Part shown: positions 29,901 through 40,083 of the stretch, one piece after another | Numbering within the stretch: position 1 is the first letter of the stretch | Layout of the letters: each line of letters begins with the position of its first letter | Assembly: GCA_963664225.1 (NCBI GenBank) | Contig: OY760937.1 | Coordinates: 2,208,001 to 2,272,000, forward strand | Length of the DNA: 64,000 nucleotides | Reading direction: 5' to 3' | DNA from: Verrucomicrobiia bacterium | GTDB lineage: Bacteria; Verrucomicrobiota; Verrucomicrobiia; Limisphaerales; UBA1319 | Translations under genes and position numbers: made by a program | The notes under the pieces: model-generated | What the model was told of the DNA's origin: nothing | Database searches by the model: none | What the model saw: only the letters and a program-made list of their open reading frames with translations

Positions 29901-30141
29901 AATCGCCTGAGAGGCTCACCTGCTCATCGGCAGCAATTGACATGTTGTAAGGTTTATCCTCTGAATCACGAAAGTCCTTGCTCCAGCCGGTGATGCTAGT
30001 CCAGGTGACCTTGCAACTCACCTTCAATTGGGCGGCGCCCGGGGTGGAAGCCGAATCCACTTTGGTTCCACCCCAAAGCAAACAGAGGGCCGTCAGGGAT
30101 GTGCAAACACGATGAATCAAAACGCCAAAATGCTTTTGCAT
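26914..30141 (-). CDS. Large secreted multidomain protein with metzincin-like zinc motif
   Basis: Signal peptide, HEVGHGLGIKD plus CVMRY, helical repeat, C-terminal YEVQYSENL..W..RFYRAV. Confidence 0.75.
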   Translation of the reverse strand: MQKHFGVLIHRVCTSLTALCLLWGGTKVDSASTPGAAQLKVSCKVTWTSITGWSKDFRDSEDKPYNMSIAADEQVSLSGDLTFEQVDGSWEIVDEKSQTSASGAGKYSITGKNPISKSVTSVLSDPGSTNGHVSIRTLDFEGGIAVIRFGKPSTTTEPECFECGFIAIAAIGDCMASINTNQNSFAPEEIHVEFTPGNKAFSATGSTNWSQSGTCGSDSIQATCTLTYTPGEWEAVIIPPSDFDTWLAAGNKDRYKPGNSIGVNVQLRHKGEKEPAADMTGTFYVTLEDVSQQPGYCVNAPTKDEASDDPDLKLKEGDNLLLDDDATGQTEEDTNEQSVTIESYDFGAYGRLRVEVVVNDGTTVKAHLEGDPGKDYLDLPKDDNHNHIADAWEQEKGVEELPAKWDEADQPSGQYTLGDGISLYEKYRGFVVKGYHQRLEPHKKHVFVYDPTGWALKTTTEPGGVSFIDALDCEVIFVDEENWTGPGGSGAKKRLVNFNSTDDVHTTDQHALHLRFPFTDSPLYPADYNDMLKAKFGTNNTEAVTALGLTFPDQTASSWGSPAGWMAVEVYANNIDKWTRDAALFHTFGLPEFAHYSDPATSAAERTRLDERARTLRDEYITANSDSYEKRNWSIFAATLTHEVGHGLGIKDLTSPGFFGPSNCVMRYFQWAGSRTPNDRFELASRSPWPDIYCRSAVGTVDGISCWNQIQVTDRSDAPRSPAAAGLRSRERIYLLSDPISSHLAGTLVDAAPALTLTSELLWDAPLAGDPLRIEVSLACRAYQQALLQAARTGTNVPATLLYPTISTNWHENLDFVLFRYEDDSRWVEVLSSSSSSNNYLRPLAVSPDSFGMKPLARSREWLLPPEAIQLTPGEYFLSVLWDGDGMVEEEALPDFGYMSAQDIRFKVNAATNDVQRAIHKHRLAFQAYAAGDYLAAWQHSQAALEVADARSLLLAEGTHMMSANAALKLGNYRGALSTLQDTDQGDRNELGRFASGLRKVLAPVISLNPASARTFAPRVTIVALPGQKYEVQYSENLITWTTLDQRLSETNRYEIADSGNTARSPRFYRAVWLP

Positions 30142-30573
30142 AAATGTCTCCTGCATTGCTGCGATGCGTAGGCTTGATAATATTGAAGGCGCGCCAGTTC
30201 TGTCAATATATATGATAAAATAAACAGGCATGGATCGCGAACTCCTTGTGGCCGCTTGGCGGGAGACCGGGAGACTGCGAGGCCGGATGGAAGGAATGAG
30301 ACCATCCTAAGATCCTTCGTCTCTGGGTGGATCAGCCCAGGAATCCGGGATGGTCATAATAAGAGTTGGCGAAATGTGTCAGGGGGGATAAACAGAAGGC
30401 GATCCCGGGCCGACCGCTGCGGCACAAGACAATCGTGATCCCGAGGTGGATTGGGTCAGTGCCCGGACATGGCACAGGCGCAGACGGACCATGTCACTTG
30501 CAAGCCGGCTCAAGAACAGTGCCAAATGTCCATGGTGAGGCCCGACAGCTATATGAAGAATATGACAAAAACC

Positions 30574-32070
30574 ATGATCAGACAGGCGTTAACCACCGAT
30601 GCAACATCAGCAAGTCGCCGGTGGTGTTTGCATCTCATTGCGGTTATTGTTTTCGCTCTGACGGTGAGAGGCACACCATTGGCTTTCGCCCAGGAGGTCA
30701 AGGTGGTGACTTCGTCCAAAGCAGGCGATCGTTTTGCCCCGAAGCCTACCACCCGCTTTCTGACCTCGTCTGGAACAAAAAGCCAGTTCCAGATAACTGA
30801 AACAGTCCACCACCAGACTGTCGCGGGGTTTGGAGCCTCGTTCCTCGAAGCGGGAATGGTTTGCATAAACAGCCTGCCGGAGGACGGGCAGGAAAAGGTT
30901 TTGCGAGCTTTGTTTGATCCCGTCAACGGCGTCGGCTTCTCGGCCATGAAAACCGTGGTCGCCGGCACTGACTTCATGTCCGCCGGTCCGTGGTACAGTT
31001 ACGACGACGTTCCGGGCGATGTGGAGATGAAGAAATTTTCCATTGCTCGCGATCTCGGCACCAACGGCCTCGTCAATTACATCAAGCGCGCCCGGAAACA
31101 TGGCAGGTTCGTGCTCCAGGCGCCGATGGATTATCCGCCGGACTGGATGCTGTTCGACGTCAATAAAAACCAGGACGTCAACCCTCAATATTTCGACGCC
31201 CTGGCCCTTTATTATCTGCGCTACCTGCAGGAGTACCAAAAACAAGGCATATTCATCGACTACCTCAGCCTTTTCAATGAACCGGGCATTTACACCAAGA
31301 TCCCGTATCCGAAGATTCGCGACCTGATCAAAAACCACGTCGGCCCTCTGCTGCGAAAAGAGGGCATTCAAACGAAACTCCAACTCAGCGAGGCTAGCAG
31401 CCGCGACGATGCCTCCCGGAAATATCCGGTGGTGTTGGACGATCCCGAGGCCCGGAAGTACATCTCGGTTCTGCCCTATCACGGGTACGATTTGCAGCAC
31501 TTCAACCTGATTGCCTCGCTGCGGGAACGTTATCCCGATCTGCCGTTGTGGATGACAGAGTTATGCCACGCCTACCAGGCCGGCACCCCGAAATCCATGA
31601 AACTGCCACGGTACGACTTCGAGGACGGCGAGTTTTGGGCCAACCAGATTTTCTCTGATCTCGAAGCAGGCGCGTCCGCCTGGATTTATTGGAACATGAT
31701 TCTCGATCAGAACGGCGGGCCATGGCTCGTATCGCCCGTTCACGGCAATCCCGATCCGAACGTCCAGCATCCGGTGGTCATCATCGACCGTAAGACCCAA
31801 CAGGTGACTTATACCGGCCTTTATTACTATTTAGGACATTTCAGCAAGTTTATCCGTCCCAGATCGATCCGCATCGGCGCCACCGGGAATGTCAGGGATG
31901 TTCGATGTCTCGCTTTTCAAGATCAGAATCACCAAATCGTGGTTCAACTTCTTAACAGCAACACCGAAGACACCCAGGTCGGTTTGGACTGGCATGGCCA
32001 ATGCGTCTCCCTGACATTGCCTGCCGTATCCATCACCACATGCCAGTGGCCGACGACTAGCACCCGGTAA
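30574..32070 (+). CDS. GH30 glycoside hydrolase (glucosylceramidase-like); start uncertain
   Basis: GFGASF, SLFNEPG, LWMTELC, WIYWNMILDQNGGP, GHFSKFIRP. Confidence 0.88.
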   Translation: MIRQALTTDATSASRRWCLHLIAVIVFALTVRGTPLAFAQEVKVVTSSKAGDRFAPKPTTRFLTSSGTKSQFQITETVHHQTVAGFGASFLEAGMVCINSLPEDGQEKVLRALFDPVNGVGFSAMKTVVAGTDFMSAGPWYSYDDVPGDVEMKKFSIARDLGTNGLVNYIKRARKHGRFVLQAPMDYPPDWMLFDVNKNQDVNPQYFDALALYYLRYLQEYQKQGIFIDYLSLFNEPGIYTKIPYPKIRDLIKNHVGPLLRKEGIQTKLQLSEASSRDDASRKYPVVLDDPEARKYISVLPYHGYDLQHFNLIASLRERYPDLPLWMTELCHAYQAGTPKSMKLPRYDFEDGEFWANQIFSDLEAGASAWIYWNMILDQNGGPWLVSPVHGNPDPNVQHPVVIIDRKTQQVTYTGLYYYLGHFSKFIRPRSIRIGATGNVRDVRCLAFQDQNHQIVVQLLNSNTEDTQVGLDWHGQCVSLTLPAVSITTCQWPTTSTR

Positions 32071-32149
32071 TGAACAAATGATAAGCATCCCGCTGCTGAA
32101 TCAGAATGCCCTGAATGAAGTGAATGGTAAGCTCCGACAAAATAGCGAA

Positions 32150-32671
32150 ATGAAAATAACCGACGCTTCAGAAAAACAAACGGTTGCGATACGTCCTGCC
32201 AGCGAGGGCGATCTGGCCGCGATTAACGAAATCTACAATCATTACGTCATCCATTCCGCCTGCACCTATCAGGAGGAACCCGAACTCCTGAGCGGACGGC
32301 AGCAATGGTTTGCGCACCACGGCGCACGGCATCCGGTGATCGTGGCGCAATTTGGAAGCGCGGTAGTGGGCTGGGGATCTCTCTCGCCCTATCACCCCCG
32401 TTCCGCCTACAGGAACACCGTGGAAAACTCGATCTACGTCCATCCCAATCATCACCGGCGCGGAATCGGCTCGGCTTTGTTGGGCGATTTGATCACCCGC
32501 GCTCGTGCGCTCGGACATCACGTCATCATCGCGGGCATCGACGCCGACCAGGCCGCCAGCATCGGGCTGCACACCAGATGGGGTTTCAAGCAAGTCGGCC
32601 ACCTCTCTCAAGTCGGCTTCAAGTTCAACAAATGGCTCAGCGTGGTCCATATGGAGCTGCTGTTGGAATAA
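32150..32671 (+). CDS. GNAT acetyltransferase, phosphinothricin/methionine sulfoximine type
   Basis: IYNHYV, AYRNTVENSIYV, VGFKFNKWL. Confidence 0.9.
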   Translation: MKITDASEKQTVAIRPASEGDLAAINEIYNHYVIHSACTYQEEPELLSGRQQWFAHHGARHPVIVAQFGSAVVGWGSLSPYHPRSAYRNTVENSIYVHPNHHRRGIGSALLGDLITRARALGHHVIIAGIDADQAASIGLHTRWGFKQVGHLSQVGFKFNKWLSVVHMELLLE

Positions 32672-32709
32672 GAGGCTGCACCCTCGATTTTCCAAGCTCC
32701 TCCCAACCC

Positions 32710-32750
32710 AAAAAAAATCCCGGAGCACCGCGCGACGCGGCAACTCCGGG
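32710..32750 (-). terminator. Probable terminator between convergent GNAT and leuB
   Basis: A-run then CCCGGAG..CTCCGGG stem. Confidence 0.55.
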
Positions 32751-32816
32751 CAACTTCTTCAAACGCGCAACCTAGTCGCGACTTCGGAAACGTACTGGAT
32801 CACGTCTGGTTCACCA

Positions 32817-33953
32817 TCAAATCGCCTTGGCAATGGCGTCGCCCATGGCGAGGGTTCCCACCTTGGTGGTTCCCGCGGTTTCTTTTTGGAAAATATCGCC
32901 CGTGCGAAGACCGGCATCGATGACCGTGGTGATCGCCTTGTCGATGGCATCCGCCGCTTCATTCAGCCCCAGGCTGTAACGGAGCAGGAGAGCCACGGAA
33001 CCGATTTGCGCGATCGGATTGGCCAGGTCCTTGCCGGCGATGTCCGGTGCGGTGCCACCGGCGGGTTCGTAGAGGCCGAAGGTCCATTCGGCCGTGGTAT
33101 TGCCGAGGCTCGCGCTGGGCAGCATGCCCAGGGAACCGGCCAGTGCCGCAGCTTCGTCACTGAGAATATCGCCGAACATGTTTTCGCAAAGCAACACATC
33201 GAACCTTGAAGGATTCAACACGAGCTGCATGGCTGCGTTATCGACAAAGATGTGTTCGAGAGCGACATCGGGATACTGTTTACCGATGCGGGTAACGGTT
33301 TCGCGCCAGAGAATTCCGTTTTCGAGAACGTTGGCTTTATCGACGCTCGCGAGGAGCTTGCGCCGCAGCCGGGCGGCCTGGAAGGCCGTGTGCGCGATGC
33401 GCTCAATCTCGATGGTGGTGTAAACCATGGAATCGATGGCGCGGGAATAATGGCGCTTGGGCCCGTCCTTCTCAGGCAGGTCGATGACCTCCTCGGTTTT
33501 CTTGGGCTGGCCGAAATAGAGGCCGCCGGTTAATTCGCGCACCACGAGGATGTCGATGCCCTTGCCCTGACGCTCCGGGCGCAGCGGGCAGGAACCGGCC
33601 AGGGCCAGGGGCAGGCGCACGGGACGGAGATTGGCAAAAAGGCTGAATTCCTTGCGCAGGCGTAGCAGCGCGGCGCGCTCGGGGCGTTCCTCCTTGGGAA
33701 TGGAGGGATCGCGATCCGGCAGACCGACCGAGCCGAACAGGATGGCGTCCGACTGGCGGCAGAGCGCCAGCGTGGCATCCGGCAGGGCCTTGCCTGCAGC
33801 ATCGATACCGGCCCAGCCCACCGGGGCTTCCGTCAATTCGAAGTGCAGGGAGAATTTCTTTTCGACCGCGCGGAGTGTTTTGATGGCTTCGCGCATCACT
33901 TCTGGCCCGATGCCGTCTCCGGCCAGGGCCGCAATTTTCCAGACCTTATTCAT
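32817..33953 (-). CDS. leuB: 3-isopropylmalate dehydrogenase
   Basis: GDGIGPEV, FANLRPV, RELTGGLYFG, NMFGDILSDEAA. Confidence 0.96.
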   Translation of the reverse strand: MNKVWKIAALAGDGIGPEVMREAIKTLRAVEKKFSLHFELTEAPVGWAGIDAAGKALPDATLALCRQSDAILFGSVGLPDRDPSIPKEERPERAALLRLRKEFSLFANLRPVRLPLALAGSCPLRPERQGKGIDILVVRELTGGLYFGQPKKTEEVIDLPEKDGPKRHYSRAIDSMVYTTIEIERIAHTAFQAARLRRKLLASVDKANVLENGILWRETVTRIGKQYPDVALEHIFVDNAAMQLVLNPSRFDVLLCENMFGDILSDEAAALAGSLGMLPSASLGNTTAEWTFGLYEPAGGTAPDIAGKDLANPIAQIGSVALLLRYSLGLNEAADAIDKAITTVIDAGLRTGDIFQKETAGTTKVGTLAMGDAIAKAI

Positions 33954-34119
33954 TCTGGGCGCAAAGTTTAGGCGGGGGCCGCGCGCTGGAAAAGTAAATT
34001 CGCGCGCTCAGAATGCACAGGATTAGAGGAATTAAATTGAAACGACCAACCAAATTGAAATAGTGTCTTGCCAACCTGACCGGGTTTAAGAGCCAAGAGT
34101 CGGGTATTGTCCAATACGA

Positions 34120-35595
34120 ATGTCACTTAGTATGTTACTGAATTGCCGTTATCTGGGCCTTGCCGCGGTTTTATCCGCTATGGCCGTCTCCGCGCAGGAA
34201 GCCAGGCCGGGCGTGACCAACGCTCCGGTCGCTTCGGGCGCGTCCACCAATGCCGCATCCGTCAAGGTGGCTCCATCGACCAATGCCGCCCCCATCTGGG
34301 CTGGGAATTGGCTCCAAAGCGCCAAGAAACCCACCTCCTGGCTCAAGCTCAACGGGGATTTGCGCCTGCGTGAGGAGTATGTTTTGAATGCAACGACACT
34401 CAACTCCGAGGCTAAAAACCACGAATTGAGCTACATGCGTTTTCGCGCCCGCTTTGGCGCCACAATCACCGCTGTCACCAATCTGGACTTCAATATCCGC
34501 CTGGCAGCCGAGCCGCGTGAATATTTCAATGGTCGCAACGCTTCCGGGCCCAACCACATGAACGGTAACGGCTGGGACTGGACAGAGGGTGTGATCGATC
34601 AGTTGAACATGACCTACACCAACTCCTTCGACCTGCCCATGTCGATCATTGTGGGTCGGCAGGATATCGCCATGGGGGATCCCACCTCTCCGTGGCTCGT
34701 GGCGGATGGCACCCCGGTCGATGGCTCGCGCACGGCCTATTTTGACGCCGCCCGCGTCATCTACAACATCGAGGAAATCCAAACCAAATTCGACGCCGCC
34801 ATCATCAGTCAGCTTGCCGAAAACGACGAAGTCCTTCCCGTAATGAACGGCCAGGATAAACTCCAGATTGAGCAAAACGAACGCGGCGCCATTCTGTATG
34901 TCTCCAATAATTCGATCAAGAAAATGGAGGTGGACGGCTTCTTCATGTATAAGCACGGTCAGAAAATTTCAGCCGACGGCATCAATGCCGACCTCTACAC
35001 CCCAGGTGGGCGTATTGCCGGCAATCTGGACAAGCACTGGAGCTATAATGCCGAGGGCGCGGTTCAGATGGGCAACCGCAATTCGCGCACCGTTAACGCC
35101 TTTGGCGTGAACAGCCGCCTGATGTATGCCGTCAATGACAAGCTCAACAACCGCTTTCGCATGACTTACGAATACTTGAGCGGCGACGATGCGAACACCA
35201 AGGATTATGAGCAATTCGACACCCTCTGGGGTCGGTATCCGCGTTGGACCGAAGCCGGCATCTTTTACTCCAAGGCCGAGGACGGCCGTCCCGGTGACCT
35301 TTCCAACTACCACCGCATGGGGCCGGGCTGGAGCATCAGCCCCTTTAAGAAGGCCGATTTCCGTTTGGATTATTATTACCTGCTGGCCGATCAGAACACC
35401 TTTTATGCGACCAAGCCCACCTTGTTCACCAAGAGCGGCGATACCCGCGGTCACATGCTGACGTCCTGCTTGAAGTATAAATACAACCAGCATCTCAGTG
35501 GCTATCTCCTGGGTGAGATTCTGTTTCCCGGGGATTATTACGTGAACAGCGAGCCGGATTTGTTCGTGCGCGCCGAGATGATGTACACCTGGTAG
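34120..35595 (+). CDS. Outer-membrane beta-barrel, alginate-export-like family
   Basis: Signal peptide, GDLRLREE, VGRQDI, YLSGDD, C-terminal aromatic YTW. Confidence 0.75.
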   Translation: MSLSMLLNCRYLGLAAVLSAMAVSAQEARPGVTNAPVASGASTNAASVKVAPSTNAAPIWAGNWLQSAKKPTSWLKLNGDLRLREEYVLNATTLNSEAKNHELSYMRFRARFGATITAVTNLDFNIRLAAEPREYFNGRNASGPNHMNGNGWDWTEGVIDQLNMTYTNSFDLPMSIIVGRQDIAMGDPTSPWLVADGTPVDGSRTAYFDAARVIYNIEEIQTKFDAAIISQLAENDEVLPVMNGQDKLQIEQNERGAILYVSNNSIKKMEVDGFFMYKHGQKISADGINADLYTPGGRIAGNLDKHWSYNAEGAVQMGNRNSRTVNAFGVNSRLMYAVNDKLNNRFRMTYEYLSGDDANTKDYEQFDTLWGRYPRWTEAGIFYSKAEDGRPGDLSNYHRMGPGWSISPFKKADFRLDYYYLLADQNTFYATKPTLFTKSGDTRGHMLTSCLKYKYNQHLSGYLLGEILFPGDYYVNSEPDLFVRAEMMYTW

Positions 35596-35637
35596 GCGGA
35601 TCGTTAATCCCGTTCTCATGGGCGGGGAATCATTCAA

Positions 35638-35670
35638 GGCCGGGGCCATAAAAAGCTCCGGTCTTTTTTT
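35638..35670 (+). terminator. Rho-independent terminator
   Basis: GGCCGGGGC..GCTCCGGTC stem followed by T7. Confidence 0.7.
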
Positions 35671-35709
35671 GTGCAAATATCCTTGTCTTCAGGAGGTCCG
35701 CCTCGAATC

Positions 35710-36522
35710 ATGGAGCACCAAACCATGAATCCCGCAGCATTGATTACCGGCAGTTCCCGTGGCATTGGCCGGGCCATCGCCATCGGGCTGGCCGGACTGG
35801 GCTTTGACGTGATCGTTAACTACGCCAGCAACCGTGACGCCGCCGAAGAGACCGCGCGCGAATGTGTTCGCACCGCCAAATCACAGGGCAAAAGCATTCA
35901 GGCGCCCGTGGTTCAGGCGGATATTTCAAAGGACGCGGACCGCAAGCGCCTCATTGAAAGCGCCCGGAGCGTTCCCGGTCGGCTGGATCTCCTGGTCAAT
36001 AACGCGGGTGTGGCCCCTCAGGTTCGCGCCGATTTGCTGGACGCCACGGAAGAAAGCTTCGACCGCGTCATGAATACCAATGTCCGGGGGCCCTATTTCT
36101 TAACACAAATTGCCGCCCGCTGGATGCTCGAACTCGACGACGTGGGACGTTACGAGGGCATGCCCCGGCCCAGAATCGTCACCATTTCCTCAGTGAGTGC
36201 CACCATGGTTTCCACGAACCGGGGAGACTATTGCATGGCCAAGGCCGCGCTCTCCATGCTCACGCCACTCTACGCGGCGCGCCTGGCGGAGCGGGGGGTG
36301 CTGGTCTATGAAATCCGGCCCGGGATCATCGATACCGACATGACGAAGGCCGTTCATCCACAATATGATGCGGTCATCGCGGGCGGCACCGTCCCGCTGC
36401 GCCGATGGGGTCAGCCGGAGGATGTGGCGCGCGTGGTGGCCGCCATTGCCCGGAACGACCTGCCCTTTACCACCGGGGAAGTGATCCATGTGGACGGCGG
36501 CCTGCATCTGCAACGACTTTGA
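35710..36522 (+). CDS. Short-chain dehydrogenase/reductase
   Basis: TGSSRGIG, NNAG, YCMAK. Confidence 0.92.
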   Translation: MEHQTMNPAALITGSSRGIGRAIAIGLAGLGFDVIVNYASNRDAAEETARECVRTAKSQGKSIQAPVVQADISKDADRKRLIESARSVPGRLDLLVNNAGVAPQVRADLLDATEESFDRVMNTNVRGPYFLTQIAARWMLELDDVGRYEGMPRPRIVTISSVSATMVSTNRGDYCMAKAALSMLTPLYAARLAERGVLVYEIRPGIIDTDMTKAVHPQYDAVIAGGTVPLRRWGQPEDVARVVAAIARNDLPFTTGEVIHVDGGLHLQRL

Positions 36523-36564
36523 GCCCGCCACTTGCGCAACCGTCGTTTGTGAATACTCTATGTT

Positions 36565-37452
36565 GTGTGCAACGATGGCAAAATCAGCTTGGTGGACAAG
36601 CTGTCACAATCGCAGATTTATCAGGACTATGAGAAGGCCTTTGGCGAAACCACAGGTCTGCCGTTGTCCCTGCGTCCCGTCGAAATCTGGCAATTGGTGC
36701 ATCAGGGCAAACCCCGGCAGAATCCTTTCTGCGCATTGATGAGCAAGGGGGCCCGCTCCTGCGCCTCTTGTCTGCAATCCCAGCGCAAGACCTCAGACTC
36801 CAATGGCGACGGCTCGCACACGGTGGTTTGTTTTGCCGGCCTGTGCGAAACGGCCGTGCCCGTGAAGATCGGTCATGAGCTGGTGGGTTATTTGCAGACA
36901 GGCCAGGTGCTTCTCAAAAGTCCAACCGCCAGCGAATTCAGCCGGATTTCGCGTAAATTGGTGGAGTGGGGGTTGACGGTCGATCTGGGCCAGCTCGAGG
37001 AGGCCTATTATCACACACGAATCCTTGGCCGCGAACAGTTTGAATCCGTCGCACGCCTGGTCGCCATCTTCGCTCAGCACCTCTCGATCGTCGGCAATCA
37101 GGTGATGATGCAGGAGAAGCATGCCGAGCCGCCCAATATCACGCGGGCCAAACAATTCATTCACGAGCATCAATCCGAGGACCTCTCGCTGGCGCGCGTG
37201 GCGCAGGCCGTCAACACCAGCACCTTCTATTTCTGCAAGATGTTCAAGAAAACCACGGGCCTCCATTTTACCGATTACCTGTCCCGCGTGCGCGTGGAAA
37301 AAGCCAAGAACCTCCTCATCAATCCCAACCTCCGGGTCAGCGAAATTGCCTACGAGGTCGGCTTCCAATCCCTCACACATTTCAACCGCGTCTTCCGCAA
37401 AATGGCCGGCGAATCCCCCTCTGATTACCGTGGCCAGCTTCCTGGAAACTGA
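36565..37452 (+). CDS. AraC-family regulator with PocR-like sensor domain
   Basis: NPFC..C..CFAGL N-terminal domain; EIAYEVGFQSLTHFNRVF HTH. Confidence 0.9.
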   Translation: MCNDGKISLVDKLSQSQIYQDYEKAFGETTGLPLSLRPVEIWQLVHQGKPRQNPFCALMSKGARSCASCLQSQRKTSDSNGDGSHTVVCFAGLCETAVPVKIGHELVGYLQTGQVLLKSPTASEFSRISRKLVEWGLTVDLGQLEEAYYHTRILGREQFESVARLVAIFAQHLSIVGNQVMMQEKHAEPPNITRAKQFIHEHQSEDLSLARVAQAVNTSTFYFCKMFKKTTGLHFTDYLSRVRVEKAKNLLINPNLRVSEIAYEVGFQSLTHFNRVFRKMAGESPSDYRGQLPGN

Positions 37453-37742
37453 GGATCGGACGCACCGTCCATTTCATCTGCTGCGATTGCGGCATTGAGG
37501 GCGTGTGGACCGCAGAGCTGCAGCGTCTCTATTATGAGGAATGGGGCGGGAGGATTCAGGCCACAGCCATCCGCTGCAGAGCGTGTCGGGAAAAGGTGCG
37601 TCGCGCGAAGATCGAACAGAAAAAGCACATGTCCGAAATGGCTCAAAAGAAGAGTAAAGACAGCGCTTTCTGACTACCCCACGGCCCTTGATTATCGGTT
37701 CCGCCCAATCCCTTCGGAACTATGGGCCCTCCTCTATCTTCT

Positions 37743-39956
37743 CTAATTCTCAATCGTCACCCACCGGCGGCTGATCGTCGGTTTGGGAGCGTCCTTGCCG
37801 GTGATTTTCGCTTCGGCCTTGAGTGTGTATTTGCCCGCTTTGGATGGAGCCTCCAACGGAATGGAGAAGGTGGCATTGCCCAAGGGCGCGATTTCAAATG
37901 GCTTTTCGACGTAGGTCAGGCTGCCGCCCACCGAACTCTTCAGGCTCAGGGATAGAATTCCCTTCCGCGGCTGGTTATCGTCGTTGACCATCATCACGTC
38001 GTAGGTGCGCGATGTGCCGGCCCGTAGCGTGGGCTGGAAAAAGTTGATGTAGAGCCCCAGCGGCTTGAAGGCCTCGCCCATGTAATCCGCAAACGCGGGA
38101 TCGAGCTTGAGCCGGGTAACGTCGCTGAAATGGTCGGCGGTATAGACACCCGGGTAGCTGCATGTCAGATAGACAAAATGCATGATCCCCGCGTAGGCAC
38201 GATGAGCGCGCCAGAACTCGGTTTTTCCGCTGAGCAGATAGGCATACATGTCCAGCCGTTCGCGGGCGGTGACATTGGTTCCCATGATCTGGGCGTAAAC
38301 GTTCTCGGTCAGGCGCGTGGGGGAGCCATCGCGGTTGAGCCACAGCCAGCCGTATTCATTGATAAGCGGGGCGTGCTTGTCCGAGGGCAGACTGCCCGGA
38401 CGCGGCTTGCCGTCCATGGTCTCGAGGTTGGTCATGCCAAACGTGAGCTTGCCCATGTAACCGCTGAACATGAGATACGGATGGTCCTCCACCGGATCAA
38501 TCGCCCCTGCCGGGGTGTTGTAGCTGTTTTCCCACGGCCGGTTCGAGAGGTCGAGTGGACGCACCGCAGGGATGATTTTCGTGGCGAACGAATCGTCCTT
38601 CGTTTCGTTGTTCGCGTCCCACACTGCCACGCTTGGGTGGTTCCAGTTGTCGCGCATCCAGTCCTTATACTGGCGGATCATTTCATCGGAATCGTAGGTG
38701 CGCGTGTAACCCTGATACCAGCCTGGCCCGCCCGTCCAGACGAAGAACTCATTCTGGATCAGTAAACCTTCCTCGTCGCAAATCTCCAGCCAGCGATCCG
38801 GCACGGGGCCGATGCAGAACCGGAAATAATTCCAGTGCATTTTCTTCGGCAGTTCGCCCAGGAGCTTGCGCACCCATTTTTCATTCCACGGCAAATCCTT
38901 GCAAAGAGGGTCCTCGAAAAACCGGTGCAGCGTGATGTTCGATCCCCGCAGGTAATAGACCTTGCCATTGAGATACGCCCGGCGCGTAGGGCCGTCAAAA
39001 CAAAACTCGCGCATCCCAAACCGCGTGGTCAGTGTGTCGCCGCCCGTCGAAGTGGCCGCCGTGTAGAGGAACGGATCCTCGGGCGACCAGAGCCGCGCCC
39101 CAGGAATTTTGATGGTCTGGGAATTGGTGCGGATTTCCCCTGACTTGAGAAAGGCTTTTTCCATATCAGCCGCGGCCACTGTCTTCCCGCCCTTATAGGT
39201 TTTGATCTGTTGCTTTAAATTGAACCAGCCATCCGCGCCTCGATTTTCCACCACGGTCTGCACCACGATTTCGGAGGTCGCAATGCGCGGTGCCACCTGC
39301 ACGGATTGTATGAGCGGATTGTCGCAGAAGATCAGGGAGACGCTGTCGTAGATGCCCGGCGTCCACTTGATTTTTTCAAAGTCCGAACCGGTCGGATAAT
39401 TATCGGGCAAAACGGCGGGATGCGCGCCAATGCGCACGACAAGGGTGTTCTCGTGGCTCCAGTCGATGGCGTTCTCGATGTGAAAATAACTCGCCGTGAA
39501 GCAGCCGTTGTATTCTCCGAGCTTGTGGCCGTTCAGCCAGACCGCCGTGCCGAACTGGGCCTTGCTAATCTTGAGCAGGGCGACGGGTCGGTTCGCCGGG
39601 GCGCGGAATGTTTTTTGATACCAGAAATAATTGCGGTCCTGATCGACCTTGCCCGCCCAGTAATTCGTGAGCCACTCGGCGGGGGAGAGCTTGGAACGGA
39701 TGCGATTGGCGAGTTGTTCGCGGCTGTAGAACGCGTCCACGTTCGGAAAGGCCGGCCGCGCGAGGTTGGCCAGGCCGGGCACGGGCACAGTGTGGGCAAA
39801 AGCGGTGGGAATCTCCGTGGCGGTTTTGCTGTCCACAATGCGCCAGGTGCCATCCAGCGAAATGGTCTCACGCTGGGCCTGCACTGCGGCAGACAGTCCC
39901 AGGAGGAACACGAGAGCGGCCGCCAGCACTTTGAACGGATGTTTTCCAGTGGTCAT
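37743..39956 (-). CDS. Secreted GH2-family glycoside hydrolase
   Basis: ISLDGTW, LWSPEDPFLY, FGMRE, NHPSVAVWDANNE, INEYG. Confidence 0.88.
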   Translation of the reverse strand: MTTGKHPFKVLAAALVFLLGLSAAVQAQRETISLDGTWRIVDSKTATEIPTAFAHTVPVPGLANLARPAFPNVDAFYSREQLANRIRSKLSPAEWLTNYWAGKVDQDRNYFWYQKTFRAPANRPVALLKISKAQFGTAVWLNGHKLGEYNGCFTASYFHIENAIDWSHENTLVVRIGAHPAVLPDNYPTGSDFEKIKWTPGIYDSVSLIFCDNPLIQSVQVAPRIATSEIVVQTVVENRGADGWFNLKQQIKTYKGGKTVAAADMEKAFLKSGEIRTNSQTIKIPGARLWSPEDPFLYTAATSTGGDTLTTRFGMREFCFDGPTRRAYLNGKVYYLRGSNITLHRFFEDPLCKDLPWNEKWVRKLLGELPKKMHWNYFRFCIGPVPDRWLEICDEEGLLIQNEFFVWTGGPGWYQGYTRTYDSDEMIRQYKDWMRDNWNHPSVAVWDANNETKDDSFATKIIPAVRPLDLSNRPWENSYNTPAGAIDPVEDHPYLMFSGYMGKLTFGMTNLETMDGKPRPGSLPSDKHAPLINEYGWLWLNRDGSPTRLTENVYAQIMGTNVTARERLDMYAYLLSGKTEFWRAHRAYAGIMHFVYLTCSYPGVYTADHFSDVTRLKLDPAFADYMGEAFKPLGLYINFFQPTLRAGTSRTYDVMMVNDDNQPRKGILSLSLKSSVGGSLTYVEKPFEIAPLGNATFSIPLEAPSKAGKYTLKAEAKITGKDAPKPTISRRWVTIEN

Positions 39957-40083
39957 AATAATTCCCCTTACCTCTCCGAATAAAAAGGTCTGCAAAACGT
40001 CACTTCTTCCAACTGCGCAGCGCGCCAACTTGTGAAGCTGGCGCGCGCCACCAAACCAAATCTTGCGGCTGACTCGCCCGCTC

